Of a stretch of 64,000 nt of DNA, positions 40,768 to 50,523 are shown piece after piece. The position numbers and the translations under genes were made by a program. This DNA is from Coleofasciculus sp. B1-GNL1-01 (GTDB lineage Bacteria; Cyanobacteriota; Cyanobacteriia; Cyanobacteriales; Coleofasciculaceae). The notes below the pieces were generated by a model. That model saw only the letters and a program-made list of their open reading frames with translations. It was not told where the DNA came from and searched no databases. Each line of letters begins with the position of its first letter. The first letter of the stretch is position 1. The stretch lies in assembly GCA_040220235.1 (NCBI GenBank), contig JAVJTO010000063.1; one strand, 5' to 3'.

Positions 40768-43329
40768 ATGAGTCGCGTCGAGGATCTGCTGGAACAATGT
40801 ACGGTGAAGCTTTCCCTTCCTGGTCAAATGGGTTGGGGTACAGGCTTTTTTGTGGCTCCAGAATGGATTCTCACTTGCGCTCATGTGGTAAGAGCGAAGG
40901 GTGAACCTGTTCAAGTCTGGTGGCAAAAGCAGGAGAATTGGTCAGAGGCGGTGGTAGAGGACTTGTTCCCTAACCCTTATGATTTAGCGCTGTTGCGGGT
41001 GACGCTTCCTACTGATGCCAATCCGCCTTGTGTGTATTTGGATGAGGCGATTCAATCCCGCGATCCGCTCTATCTATTTGGCTATCCTGATCAAGATTTT
41101 GACAATGGCTGTCCGGTGACATTGAACTGTGAAGGGTTAACCGGGGATGAACCAGAGTTAATTAAGTTGGCTTTGGGACAGGTGCGACCAGGGATGAGTG
41201 GCGCACCGTTGCTGAATCAGCGAACGGGTAAGGTTTGTGGGATGGTTAAGTTTACCCGCGATCGCTCTTTCGATTTGGGGGGTGGAGCCGTGCCAACTGC
41301 CACGATTCTGGAAAAGTTTCCCCAATTGCGAGAGTTTCAGGAGCAGTTTCATCAACGCGATCGCCGCTGGCGGGATTTAGAACGCGATCGCCGCCCGATA
41401 AATCCAGAACAAAAACCGCCCCTAACTCGCCAAGAATACCGCAATCGTCAGGCATTACTGACAAAAGTAAACAACTTTTGGGTCAAAGGTGTTCTGGAAA
41501 AATCTCTCTATAATCAGGTGATAATTGAGTTGGGGTTGGAGGAACACGCTAATGCTGTCGTTTCTTCCTGGAACATGGAATTAGAAACAACTGAGGCGAC
41601 ACAAAAACCTTTACCCAAAGGAACTAAAGTTATTTCTATCTTTGACCAGTTGGGTGAGGGACGAACACTGTTGATTCTAGGAGAACCTGGAGCGGGGAAA
41701 ACTACCAGCTTACTGGAACTAACCCGTGATTTAGTTAACCGCTCCGAACAGGGTCTAGATTACCGCATTCCTGTCGTATTTAACTTATCCTCTTGGGCGG
41801 GTAAAAAGCAGACGATTGCGGATTGGCTCGTGGGGGAACTCAACAGCAAGTATCAAATACCTAAGTCAATTGGGCAGGACTGGGTAAAAAAACAGGAACT
41901 TCTGCTGCTGCTGGATGGTTTGGATGAAGTGGACGCAGAACAGCGGGATAGTTGTGTTGCGGCTTTGAATGATTTTCATCAAGATTATGCTCCAGAGATG
42001 GTCGTTTGTAGTCGGATTAAAGACTACTCAGCCCTCTCTAACCGTCTCAACTTTCAAAGTGCAATTTATTTAAAGTCACTCAAGAAAGAACAAGCGGTTC
42101 ACTACTTAGACAGTATAAAGGTTGATTTGACTGGGTTAAGAGCATTAATTGAAGAGGATAGGGCGTTGCAGGAGCTGGCGAAGTCACCATTAATGCTCAA
42201 TATTATGGTTCTAGCTTACAAGGGAGTAGCTGTTGAAGATTTGCCGAAAACTGAAGTTGTGGAAGAACGGCGTAATCAGCTATTTGATGCCTACATTGAG
42301 CAAATGTTTCATCGTCCTACTCGCGTTAAGGTTGAGCAACGATACTCGCCAGATCAATCCATACGTTGGCTTACTTGGCTAGCCCAAATATTAGTTCAGG
42401 AGTCACAGACCGTATTTTTAATTGAAAAAATACAACCAATAGGGTTAACAACTAAAGGCAATAAAATACTTTATGAGATTGGAATCTTCTTAATTGCTTG
42501 GCTGATTAGCTTCCTGATTTTTCGGCTATTTTTTGGACTGTTTTTTCTGTTTGATGGACTAAGTTACGGGCTGTTCGTAGGGCTAATTTATGAGCTATTA
42601 TTCAGTTCAATTAATGGACTTATATCTATGTGGAATAAAACAAAAATACAAACAGTAGAAACATTAATTTTTTATACAAAAGGCGTAAAAAAATCGCTGA
42701 AAAATGGACTGAAAAATGGACTGAAAAATGGGTTAAGTGTGGGGGGGCTTTTGGGGATGATTGTAACGCTGATTTATTGTCTGACTGAAAGTTTAATTTT
42801 TGGGGGCATTTTTGAGGTAATTGTAATGCTGATTTATGTGCTGATTTATGGGCTGATTTTGGGAGTAATTTATGGGCTGATTTTGGGAGTAATTTGTGGG
42901 CTGATTTTGGGAGTAATTTATGGGCTGATTAGTGGAATAAAAGGTTCGGCAATAGCGACAAAAACAATTCCCAACCAAGGTATTTATGAAACAGCCAAGA
43001 ATGCTGGGATTATTGGATTAATCAGTTGGCTGATTGTTGGGCTGATTGTTGGGCTAATTGCGCTGATTGTTGGGCGGATTTCTGAGCTGATTGTTGGGCT
43101 GATTGTTGGGCTGATTGCGCTGATTGCTGGAGGTGGTAAAGCTTGCATCCAACACTTCACTTTACGCCTCATCCTTTATCGTGATGGTTACATCCCCTGG
43201 AATTATGCCCGTTTTCTCGACTACGCCACCGATCGCATCTTCCTCCAAAAAGTTGGCGGTGGTTACATCTTCATCCACCGGATGTTAATGGAACACTTTG
43301 CCCAGATGGAATGCGATCGCTCTCGTTAA
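40768..43329 (+). CDS. Trypsin-like peptidase + NACHT NTPase + multi-TM C-terminus
   Basis: TCAHVV / YDLALL / PGMSGAP triad; GEPGAGKT, LLLLDGLDE; GLI repeats; QKVGGGYIFIH tail. Confidence 0.9.
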   Translation: MSRVEDLLEQCTVKLSLPGQMGWGTGFFVAPEWILTCAHVVRAKGEPVQVWWQKQENWSEAVVEDLFPNPYDLALLRVTLPTDANPPCVYLDEAIQSRDPLYLFGYPDQDFDNGCPVTLNCEGLTGDEPELIKLALGQVRPGMSGAPLLNQRTGKVCGMVKFTRDRSFDLGGGAVPTATILEKFPQLREFQEQFHQRDRRWRDLERDRRPINPEQKPPLTRQEYRNRQALLTKVNNFWVKGVLEKSLYNQVIIELGLEEHANAVVSSWNMELETTEATQKPLPKGTKVISIFDQLGEGRTLLILGEPGAGKTTSLLELTRDLVNRSEQGLDYRIPVVFNLSSWAGKKQTIADWLVGELNSKYQIPKSIGQDWVKKQELLLLLDGLDEVDAEQRDSCVAALNDFHQDYAPEMVVCSRIKDYSALSNRLNFQSAIYLKSLKKEQAVHYLDSIKVDLTGLRALIEEDRALQELAKSPLMLNIMVLAYKGVAVEDLPKTEVVEERRNQLFDAYIEQMFHRPTRVKVEQRYSPDQSIRWLTWLAQILVQESQTVFLIEKIQPIGLTTKGNKILYEIGIFLIAWLISFLIFRLFFGLFFLFDGLSYGLFVGLIYELLFSSINGLISMWNKTKIQTVETLIFYTKGVKKSLKNGLKNGLKNGLSVGGLLGMIVTLIYCLTESLIFGGIFEVIVMLIYVLIYGLILGVIYGLILGVICGLILGVIYGLISGIKGSAIATKTIPNQGIYETAKNAGIIGLISWLIVGLIVGLIALIVGRISELIVGLIVGLIALIAGGGKACIQHFTLRLILYRDGYIPWNYARFLDYATDRIFLQKVGGGYIFIHRMLMEHFAQMECDRSR

Positions 43330-43736
43330 ACACATACTCCGAAACGCTACACACCCACAGTAGAAAGCATTCTGGCGGATGAATGGAAAAGTGCGATCGC
43401 ACTCCCTACTGTCATTAAAAATACAGTAAAGTTTGGTGTTATCGCAAGAGGGTAAAGTCGCTGTACGACATGGCTAATAAAGTTCGGTTTAACGATAAAA
43501 ATAGTAATCCACTTCACTGATAGCAATCGCCATAGCGGTTGGAAACATCATTTAGTAGAGACGTTCCGGCGGAACGTCTCTACAACAGTTCGGAAAGTCC
43601 TAATCGATGTGTCTACGGCTATAAAATTTGCTGAGGGTGACAGAATTGGCAACAAATTTGGGCATACTCTGAATAGAGTGAGTCATATAGCAACAAAGGC
43701 AACGACACCAGCAATCCGGTTACAGATTACACGGCT

Positions 43737-46193
43737 ATGGAACAACTACAAGCGCCAGAGGAGACGATCGCTCAACGTTATCGTATTTTAGCACCCTTGG
43801 CAGAGAGTGGAAGCGGTATCACCTATCTGGGCGAAGATGGGGAAACTGGAAAACGAGTTGTCCTGAAAGCCTTGTCACTGCGCCAGATTACTGATTGGAA
43901 AGCCATTGAACAGTTTGAACGAGAAGCGCAGGTGTTGGCTCAACTGAATCATCCGGGGATTCCTCGATATCTGGATTATTTCTATCAAGATACATCAAGC
44001 GATCGCACGTTCTATATTATCCAACAATTTGCCCCCGGACGCTCACTAGCCGAATCGGTACAAAACGGGTGGCGGGGGAAGGAAACAGAAATTCGCCAAA
44101 TTGCTATTCAAGTCTTAAACATTCTGGTTTATTTACATCAGCAAACACCCCCTGTAATTCACCGAGATATTAAACCCGATAATATCATCCGAGGCGATGA
44201 TGGGCGGATAATGCTTGTGGATTTTGGTGCGGTGCAAACTACCTATTACAGTACCTTAGCTAGAAGTCATACTGTGGTAGGAACCTTTGGCTATATGGCA
44301 CCCGAACAATTCCTGGGACAAGCGGTTCCAGCTACCGATTTGTATGGGTTAGGCGCAACGTTGTTATTTTTACTCACTCATTGTTCTCCCGCTGATTTAC
44401 CTGTCAATCATCTGACGACAGATTCCCGGTGTTTTCGGATGCAACTATCGGAAGCCTTTGCTGATTGGTTGGAGACAATGCTGGAACCGGATTTAAATTA
44501 CCGCTTCGCTTGTGCTGAAACCGCCCTGGCTGAGTTACAAAATCAGCGAGTTGTTGTTAAACTTAAACCCGTTAAGCCGAAGCCAGTATTCTGGAAACCT
44601 CTGGTATCGGTGGGACTTTTAGCTAGTATTATTTTAGGAATTAATACGTTTAAATATCCAATCCTTAGCACGCTTAGACTAACACCGCCCCAGGTTTATA
44701 AAGCCGCCGAACAGGGAGATAGTACCACGATTCAGCAGTATCTCAAAAACGGGTTAGAGGTAAATGCCAGAAATGGAGACTATACAACCCCCTTACACTG
44801 GGTAGGTTCACCAGAAGTGGCACAGATATTGATTAATGCTGGTGCGGATGTGAATGCCACAGATCAGTATGGTTGGACTCCTCTCCATTATGCGCGATCG
44901 CGTGACATTGCGGCGTTACTTATTGCTAACGGTGCTGATATTCATGCCAAAAGTCAATTGTACCGAGATCGATTACTGAATCCTCCTACACAATCGTTTT
45001 CAATTAATTCCTGGAACAGCTTAATGAAAATTTGGCTTACTGAACTGACTCCTTTACACGTTGCCCGTTCTGCTGAAATTGCCCAATTATTAATTGATAA
45101 CGGCGCTGATGTGAATGCCAAAGATGACCGAACGAATCGCACGCCATTGCATCTAGCACATTCTCCTGAAATTGCCGCTGTTTTAATTGAAAATGGTGCA
45201 AAAATTGAGGCAGATGAGATTAATACAGACTATCATTCCACTGGGACTCTTCTGCATCAGGCAAGTAAAATCGGTTCTCAGCAGATGATCGAGTTTTTGC
45301 TGCAAAGGGGAGCCAATATTGTCGCTAAAGATTCTCAGGATAATACGCCGTTGCATTTTGCCCCTTCTCCTGAAATTGCAGCACTTCTAATTGCTGATAT
45401 TAATGCCAGAAATCGTGATGGGGAAACACCACTTCATCAAGCAGTACAGAATGACAAAACCGAGCTAGTTGAGTTTTTGCTGGCTAAAGGTGCAAATAGT
45501 AATGCCCAGGATAACCAAGGAGAAACGCCATTACATCAAGCAGACAATACTACGATTATCGAGTTATTACTCAATAATAATGCTGATAGTAATGCCCAAG
45601 ATAATTGGGGGAATACACCGCTTCATAACGCGGCTTCTTTGCTTAAGCCAGATTGGGTGGCGTTACTGATTTCTAAGGGAGCAAATGTTAACATCAGGAA
45701 TAATCAAGGAAACACCCCGCTACATGTCGCGATCGCAAATCAAACTCATGACGATTTTAAAGGAAATAATGATCTGGATGTAATCAAACTATTGATTGCT
45801 AACGGTGCATACGTGAATATGCCAAATAATCAATTCTCTAGTCCCCTTCATGTCGCCGCTTGGAATAACTTAGACGCTGTTAAACTTCTGATTCAAAAAG
45901 GAGCAGAAATCAATGTTCCTGATGGAGAGGGCAAAACACCCCTGCATCGTACAGGATTACAGGATATTGCCTTATTTTTAGTTAATTCAGGTGCTGATAT
46001 TAATGCGACAGATATTAATGGTGACACTCCGCTGCATAAAGCCGTCAGAAATAACTGGTCGAAATTAGTCGTGCAGTTACTTGCTAGAGGCGCAGAGGTT
46101 AATGTGATGAATTTTTACGGTGAAACTCCTCTACAACTGGCTAAAGAAAAGTATATCAAACAATTACTCGAAGATTATGGTGCGATTCCCTAG
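43737..46193 (+). CDS. Ser/Thr kinase + TM + ankyrin repeats
   Basis: VVLK, HRDIKPDN, DFG, APE; TM LVSVGLLASIILGI; more than 12 TPLH repeats. Confidence 0.9.
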   Translation: MEQLQAPEETIAQRYRILAPLAESGSGITYLGEDGETGKRVVLKALSLRQITDWKAIEQFEREAQVLAQLNHPGIPRYLDYFYQDTSSDRTFYIIQQFAPGRSLAESVQNGWRGKETEIRQIAIQVLNILVYLHQQTPPVIHRDIKPDNIIRGDDGRIMLVDFGAVQTTYYSTLARSHTVVGTFGYMAPEQFLGQAVPATDLYGLGATLLFLLTHCSPADLPVNHLTTDSRCFRMQLSEAFADWLETMLEPDLNYRFACAETALAELQNQRVVVKLKPVKPKPVFWKPLVSVGLLASIILGINTFKYPILSTLRLTPPQVYKAAEQGDSTTIQQYLKNGLEVNARNGDYTTPLHWVGSPEVAQILINAGADVNATDQYGWTPLHYARSRDIAALLIANGADIHAKSQLYRDRLLNPPTQSFSINSWNSLMKIWLTELTPLHVARSAEIAQLLIDNGADVNAKDDRTNRTPLHLAHSPEIAAVLIENGAKIEADEINTDYHSTGTLLHQASKIGSQQMIEFLLQRGANIVAKDSQDNTPLHFAPSPEIAALLIADINARNRDGETPLHQAVQNDKTELVEFLLAKGANSNAQDNQGETPLHQADNTTIIELLLNNNADSNAQDNWGNTPLHNAASLLKPDWVALLISKGANVNIRNNQGNTPLHVAIANQTHDDFKGNNDLDVIKLLIANGAYVNMPNNQFSSPLHVAAWNNLDAVKLLIQKGAEINVPDGEGKTPLHRTGLQDIALFLVNSGADINATDINGDTPLHKAVRNNWSKLVVQLLARGAEVNVMNFYGETPLQLAKEKYIKQLLEDYGAIP

Positions 46194-46291
46194 ACTTAAA
46201 GGATGCTTCGCTTTTGGTTCCATGGGAGAGAATTCAAAGCCTCTCTCCTTGCAGGAGAGAGGTTTGGAGAGAGGTTTTATAGATACCGTTA

Positions 46292-47587
46292 ATGAAAATG
46301 CAACAACTCTATTCTCGTCAAAACATCATAGCTCAACGATATCGCATCCTCAATGTTTTAGGACAAGGCGGTATGGGAAGAACCTATAAAGCTGAAGACT
46401 TAAAAACGGGTCAAATCGTTGCAATAAAATCCCTATCTCTGTATCAAATAAGCGACTGGAAAACCTTAGACTTGTTTAAGCGAGAAGCCCAAACTATCGC
46501 GCAACTCAATCATCCCGCAATTCCCAAGTATTTAGCCTATTTTCAGGTGGATACAGTTGAAACTCGTGATTTCTATTTAGTTCAGCAACTCGCTCCAGGA
46601 AAGTCGTTAGCTGAATTAGTGGAAATGGGCTGGAAACCGAAGGAGGCTACTGTTAAACGTTTAGCCATCGAAGTCTTAAAGATACTGGTTTACTTACAAC
46701 AATTTACCCCAGCGATTATTCATCGTGATATTAAGCCACAAAATATCATTCTGAGTAAAAACGGAGAAGTCTTTCTCGTAGATTTTGGGACTGTTTCCGA
46801 TACCTATCGTCACACCGTAACCGGAGGTAGTACGATAGTGGGAACATTCGGCTATATGGCTCCCGAACAATATCGAGGTCAAGCTGTATTATCCACGGAT
46901 TTGTATGGATTAGGGGCAACATTACTATTTTTATTAACCGGACAATCTCCCGCCGATTTTCCTCAGCATCAGCTAAAGATTAAGTTCCGTTCTAATGTGC
47001 AAATTTCACCCGATTTTGCTGATTGGTTAGAGCGAATCCTCGATCCGGCGATCGCCTATCGTTTTGCTAATGCGAAAGATGCCTTATCTGTCTTGCAAGG
47101 GAAACAGAAACTAAGGCAAAATATAGGACAACTTTTTTACCAATCGCCGCAACAGCGGATAGCATTACTCAAGACGCCGCACAGATTAATTCTAGAAATT
47201 AAACCCATAGGGCGACAGCGCGATCGCTTTCGTTTACTCAGGCGATTGACTCGGATAATTAAACCCATTTTACCGTTGCTTCTATGGGATATGATTGGTT
47301 TGCTTCTGGTTAACTCTATCGCTGTGCCATCTTTTTATGGTGAGCTTTATAAAACGATTCGACTCAACAATCATCCGGATGTGATATTTCTAACAACTCT
47401 TTACAACTGGGTGTTAACAGGATGTGTTGTGTTTCTGATTTTGGGGATTTTATTTTTAATTATCTATGGTTTAATCGGGCTATTTAGTATAGCCAGCTTT
47501 TTAATTAAAGCGACATCTCGCACTTGGATTGAACTAACGCCAAACCGCTTTCAAATAAAACGATGGATGCTAGGTTTATGCTACTGA
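46292..47587 (+). CDS. Ser/Thr kinase with TM segments; probable premature TGA (frame continues to 47782)
   Basis: GQGGMG, VAIK, HRDIKPQN, DFG, APE; 64 further sense codons after TGA 47585-47587. Confidence 0.85.
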   Translation: MKMQQLYSRQNIIAQRYRILNVLGQGGMGRTYKAEDLKTGQIVAIKSLSLYQISDWKTLDLFKREAQTIAQLNHPAIPKYLAYFQVDTVETRDFYLVQQLAPGKSLAELVEMGWKPKEATVKRLAIEVLKILVYLQQFTPAIIHRDIKPQNIILSKNGEVFLVDFGTVSDTYRHTVTGGSTIVGTFGYMAPEQYRGQAVLSTDLYGLGATLLFLLTGQSPADFPQHQLKIKFRSNVQISPDFADWLERILDPAIAYRFANAKDALSVLQGKQKLRQNIGQLFYQSPQQRIALLKTPHRLILEIKPIGRQRDRFRLLRRLTRIIKPILPLLLWDMIGLLLVNSIAVPSFYGELYKTIRLNNHPDVIFLTTLYNWVLTGCVVFLILGILFLIIYGLIGLFSIASFLIKATSRTWIELTPNRFQIKRWMLGLCY

Positions 47588-47786
47588 AATTTTCGGGGAA
47601 GTATCAGTGATATCAATCCCATAAACTTAGACAAAATAAAGTTACCGTTACTCAGAAAAACGATAACCGTGTGTTCGCTACAGTCGCATCGACGCAAGCA
47701 TTGGCTAGGTATAGCACTCAGTCGCTCAGAGCAAAAGTGGCTGGTGAGAGAAATAACTGAGTTTTTGGGGATTTTATCTTAATTTT

Positions 47787-47889
47787 TAGGGAGCATTCAG
47801 TTGGGGATAAAGCATTACCCAAAGTAACGAATTTACCAGGGGTTCAGCCTCCTTACAAGAGTCAACGTGCCAAAATGGGATGCTCCCAA
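47787..47889. mobile_element. MITE-like element (GGGAGCAT...ATGCTCCC)
   Basis: Terminal inverted repeat between convergent genes. Confidence 0.55.
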
Positions 47890-47927
47890 TTTTTAAAAGC
47901 CAAGAACTAAAGTTCTGGCTAAAAGAT

Positions 47928-48731
47928 CTAACCCAAAATAAGCAATCCAGCGTAGACAGTTGCACCCAAAGCAAATGCCCAAAAGCGACTTTGCCGTTCT
48001 TCGGGTAATTCTTCTTTAATCACATTCAGGATAATTCCCCCACCCAGAAACGCAAACAGCACCGCTAAAGCGGCTGGAGAGATTTCCGTAGCTTGTCCAA
48101 TCGCCCAACCACATAAAATCGCACCCGCTAAAACCCAGCGCCCTACCCGATGATAGGCGTCTTTGTGATGATCCCGCAATCCATAGTCATTGACAAAAAA
48201 GTGCAACGCCATGGCGATAAAAAAGAATAAGAGACCCTCTAATCCCGGTTCCTCCCGATGAATCAGTAGATAACCAATTAACAGGTTATAAAGGGAAAAT
48301 GAGCCAATATGTAACCAAAAGATTCCTTGAGAGAGGATACCGCTAAGTTTGTGCTGATTTTGTCGGTATACTGTAACCAGATGTTCTAAGCCATAGAATA
48401 CCGTTAATCCCAGAAGTGCGACTAAATAAACGTGGCTTTCCAAAAACGCGATCGCCAATCCTTCTGTCTGTTCAATAGTTCGCTGTCCCTGATTGAGTTC
48501 TGGCAATAAATGCACAAAAACATACGCCACCGATGCTCCCCCAGCGAATGATAACCACTGACTGCGAGGAATCACATCGAGAAAGCGCATTTTTCCCCCG
48601 AATAGATGGACAATCGCCAGGAGTATGGCGAAGATTAATGCTAGCAGTGTGGTTGATGATTCGTTCAATACTGAAGCGTCTGCGATCGCGAATAATCGTT
48701 GTACACCCATTCTCCTATTTTCTTGAAACAT
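47928..48731 (-). CDS. ZIP-like multi-pass membrane protein
   Basis: SFAGGASVAYVFVHLLPEL, ALHFFVND, GGIILNVIKEELP; start uncertain. Confidence 0.7.
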   Translation of the reverse strand: MFQENRRMGVQRLFAIADASVLNESSTTLLALIFAILLAIVHLFGGKMRFLDVIPRSQWLSFAGGASVAYVFVHLLPELNQGQRTIEQTEGLAIAFLESHVYLVALLGLTVFYGLEHLVTVYRQNQHKLSGILSQGIFWLHIGSFSLYNLLIGYLLIHREEPGLEGLLFFFIAMALHFFVNDYGLRDHHKDAYHRVGRWVLAGAILCGWAIGQATEISPAALAVLFAFLGGGIILNVIKEELPEERQSRFWAFALGATVYAGLLILG

Positions 48732-50004
48732 CTGGCAATTCCAACACAGTCACCTGGACTAAGGGGGTAACATTAAAATCCTGTTCTAATAAATGAGTTT
48801 GAATCGCTTCAGTTAACTGTGTCTGAATCGTTTCCGTAGAAGCCGTTACCTCCGGATTACGCTGCACATAAACTATCGTCAGTAGTGTATTTTGCCCCTC
48901 AATTTTCGTCCGCGTAAACTGCACATTCGACTGCACCAGTTTTGCCAAATCACTCTCCTGCACCACCTGCTGAATCTCCGTTGAGGTACGCTGTTCAAGT
49001 GAGGTTCGCTGTAAAGTGGGTTCCTGCCAAAGTTGGGCGGTTAACAACCCTGCCATGATCACCGCCCCAATCCCCAACCCCACAGGAAACAACCACCGCT
49101 TGCCCCGGTTATAGCGAGCGCCCGTGGCGGAAAGCCCCACCAGACGGAAGACAATCGCGCCAGAAAAATTAATCCCGGCTAACTGAAGCACGAGGAGAAA
49201 CAGACTATTCACCACCATATCCCAGCGTGCGATCGCGGCTGCCATTCCCACTAATCCGGCGGCTGGGGCTAAGGATGCGGCGACTAACACACCAACGGCG
49301 GCTCCGGACACCAGACTACTGCGTTCCGATTGGATGAGATTCAACGCGCCTGCTGTTCCGGCAATGAGGGGGAGGAGAATCGTAACTGATGATACCTTAA
49401 AACTCGCCATCATCAGACTGGTTGGGGCTTGTTGTTGCATAATCACACTCAAAATCCCTGCCACCAGCACAGTCACGGCAATCCCTGCACCATAGCGGAT
49501 GACACTACGCTTAAGTAAGTATAAATCGCCTCGTGCCGTTGCGATCGCGGTATTCATCGCTGGTCCTGCAAAGGGTGCAATCAGCATCGCGGCGGTGAGT
49601 AGATAAATGGTATTGGTAAACAACCCAATCCAAACCACCACACCTGCACAAGCCGCATACCCCAGAAATCCTGTCCAAGACCCAACACTCTGCAACCCAG
49701 CTAAAAATATCTCTAGGGGGCTGCGTAACTCCACCTCTTTCACTTGTTGCGGGGCTTCTGACGGGGGCGGTTTGAGGGGCATCATCCCTCGAGGCACTAT
49801 TGTCACATGCAAGTCAGGCAGAGTATCTAAGGCTTCTAGCAACTGCTCAACCTGACGATTGGGAACATAAGTAATTACAAAATCTATTGGTTCCTCAGTA
49901 TCAGACGCCTCAAACCGCGCCAGATTCGTCCCCTGATGAGCTTTAGCCATATCGAGAACCTTATCCCCTTGTCCTCGTGGCACTTGAATTAACAGTTGGC
50001 GCAC
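48715..50004 (-). CDS. DUF389 membrane protein
   Basis: AMLIAPFAGP, GAAVGVLVAASLAP. Confidence 0.8.
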   Translation of the reverse strand: MRQLLIQVPRGQGDKVLDMAKAHQGTNLARFEASDTEEPIDFVITYVPNRQVEQLLEALDTLPDLHVTIVPRGMMPLKPPPSEAPQQVKEVELRSPLEIFLAGLQSVGSWTGFLGYAACAGVVVWIGLFTNTIYLLTAAMLIAPFAGPAMNTAIATARGDLYLLKRSVIRYGAGIAVTVLVAGILSVIMQQQAPTSLMMASFKVSSVTILLPLIAGTAGALNLIQSERSSLVSGAAVGVLVAASLAPAAGLVGMAAAIARWDMVVNSLFLLVLQLAGINFSGAIVFRLVGLSATGARYNRGKRWLFPVGLGIGAVIMAGLLTAQLWQEPTLQRTSLEQRTSTEIQQVVQESDLAKLVQSNVQFTRTKIEGQNTLLTIVYVQRNPEVTASTETIQTQLTEAIQTHLLEQDFNVTPLVQVTVLELPDVSRK

Positions 50005-50279
50005 CTCATCCTCCCATAGTTACCTGTCATTTAAGAGGAATGGCACGCTTAAGAGGAATATTGCTGACTTGTATAGCCAAGACATGAATTTCCTTGTCAA
50101 AGCTCAAGTGAGCTAAAGCCTACTAGGTAAGTATTTAACCCGTTTTAACGGGTTTGAGCTTTTAGCCCGAACTTTAGTTCAGGGCTGAATTTTAAGTCAG
50201 TGCCATTCCATTTAAGCGTGATACGCCCAATACATTTTGACTTCCCTCATCGGAAAGATGTTAGGGCGGAGGTGTGGAG

Positions 50280-50345
50280 GGGAGATGGGGGAGATGGGGA
50301 AGATGGGGGAGATGGGGAAGATGAGGGAGATGAGGGAGATGGAGA
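50280..50345 (+). repeat. 9-nt tandem repeat (GGAGATGGG variants)
   Basis: About 7 units; related array in the opposite orientation at about 13970-14010. Confidence 0.8.
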
Positions 50346-50523
50346 AAATTATGTAGGGGCGGGTTTCACTACTATCTTTTCGGTTATACCCAGATGTAAC
50401 TAAACCCGCCCTTTACCAATGACAAAGGACGAATGACAAATGACAAATGACATTTTTTCCGAAATAAGGCTAAAGGCATTGATATGAAAACTATAGCTTG
50501 CCCTTAAACAACCGATCGCACCT

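Noticed and set aside
47585..47587. Selenocysteine recoding of the kinase TGA
   Set aside because: No evident SECIS-like hairpin and not a redox catalytic position
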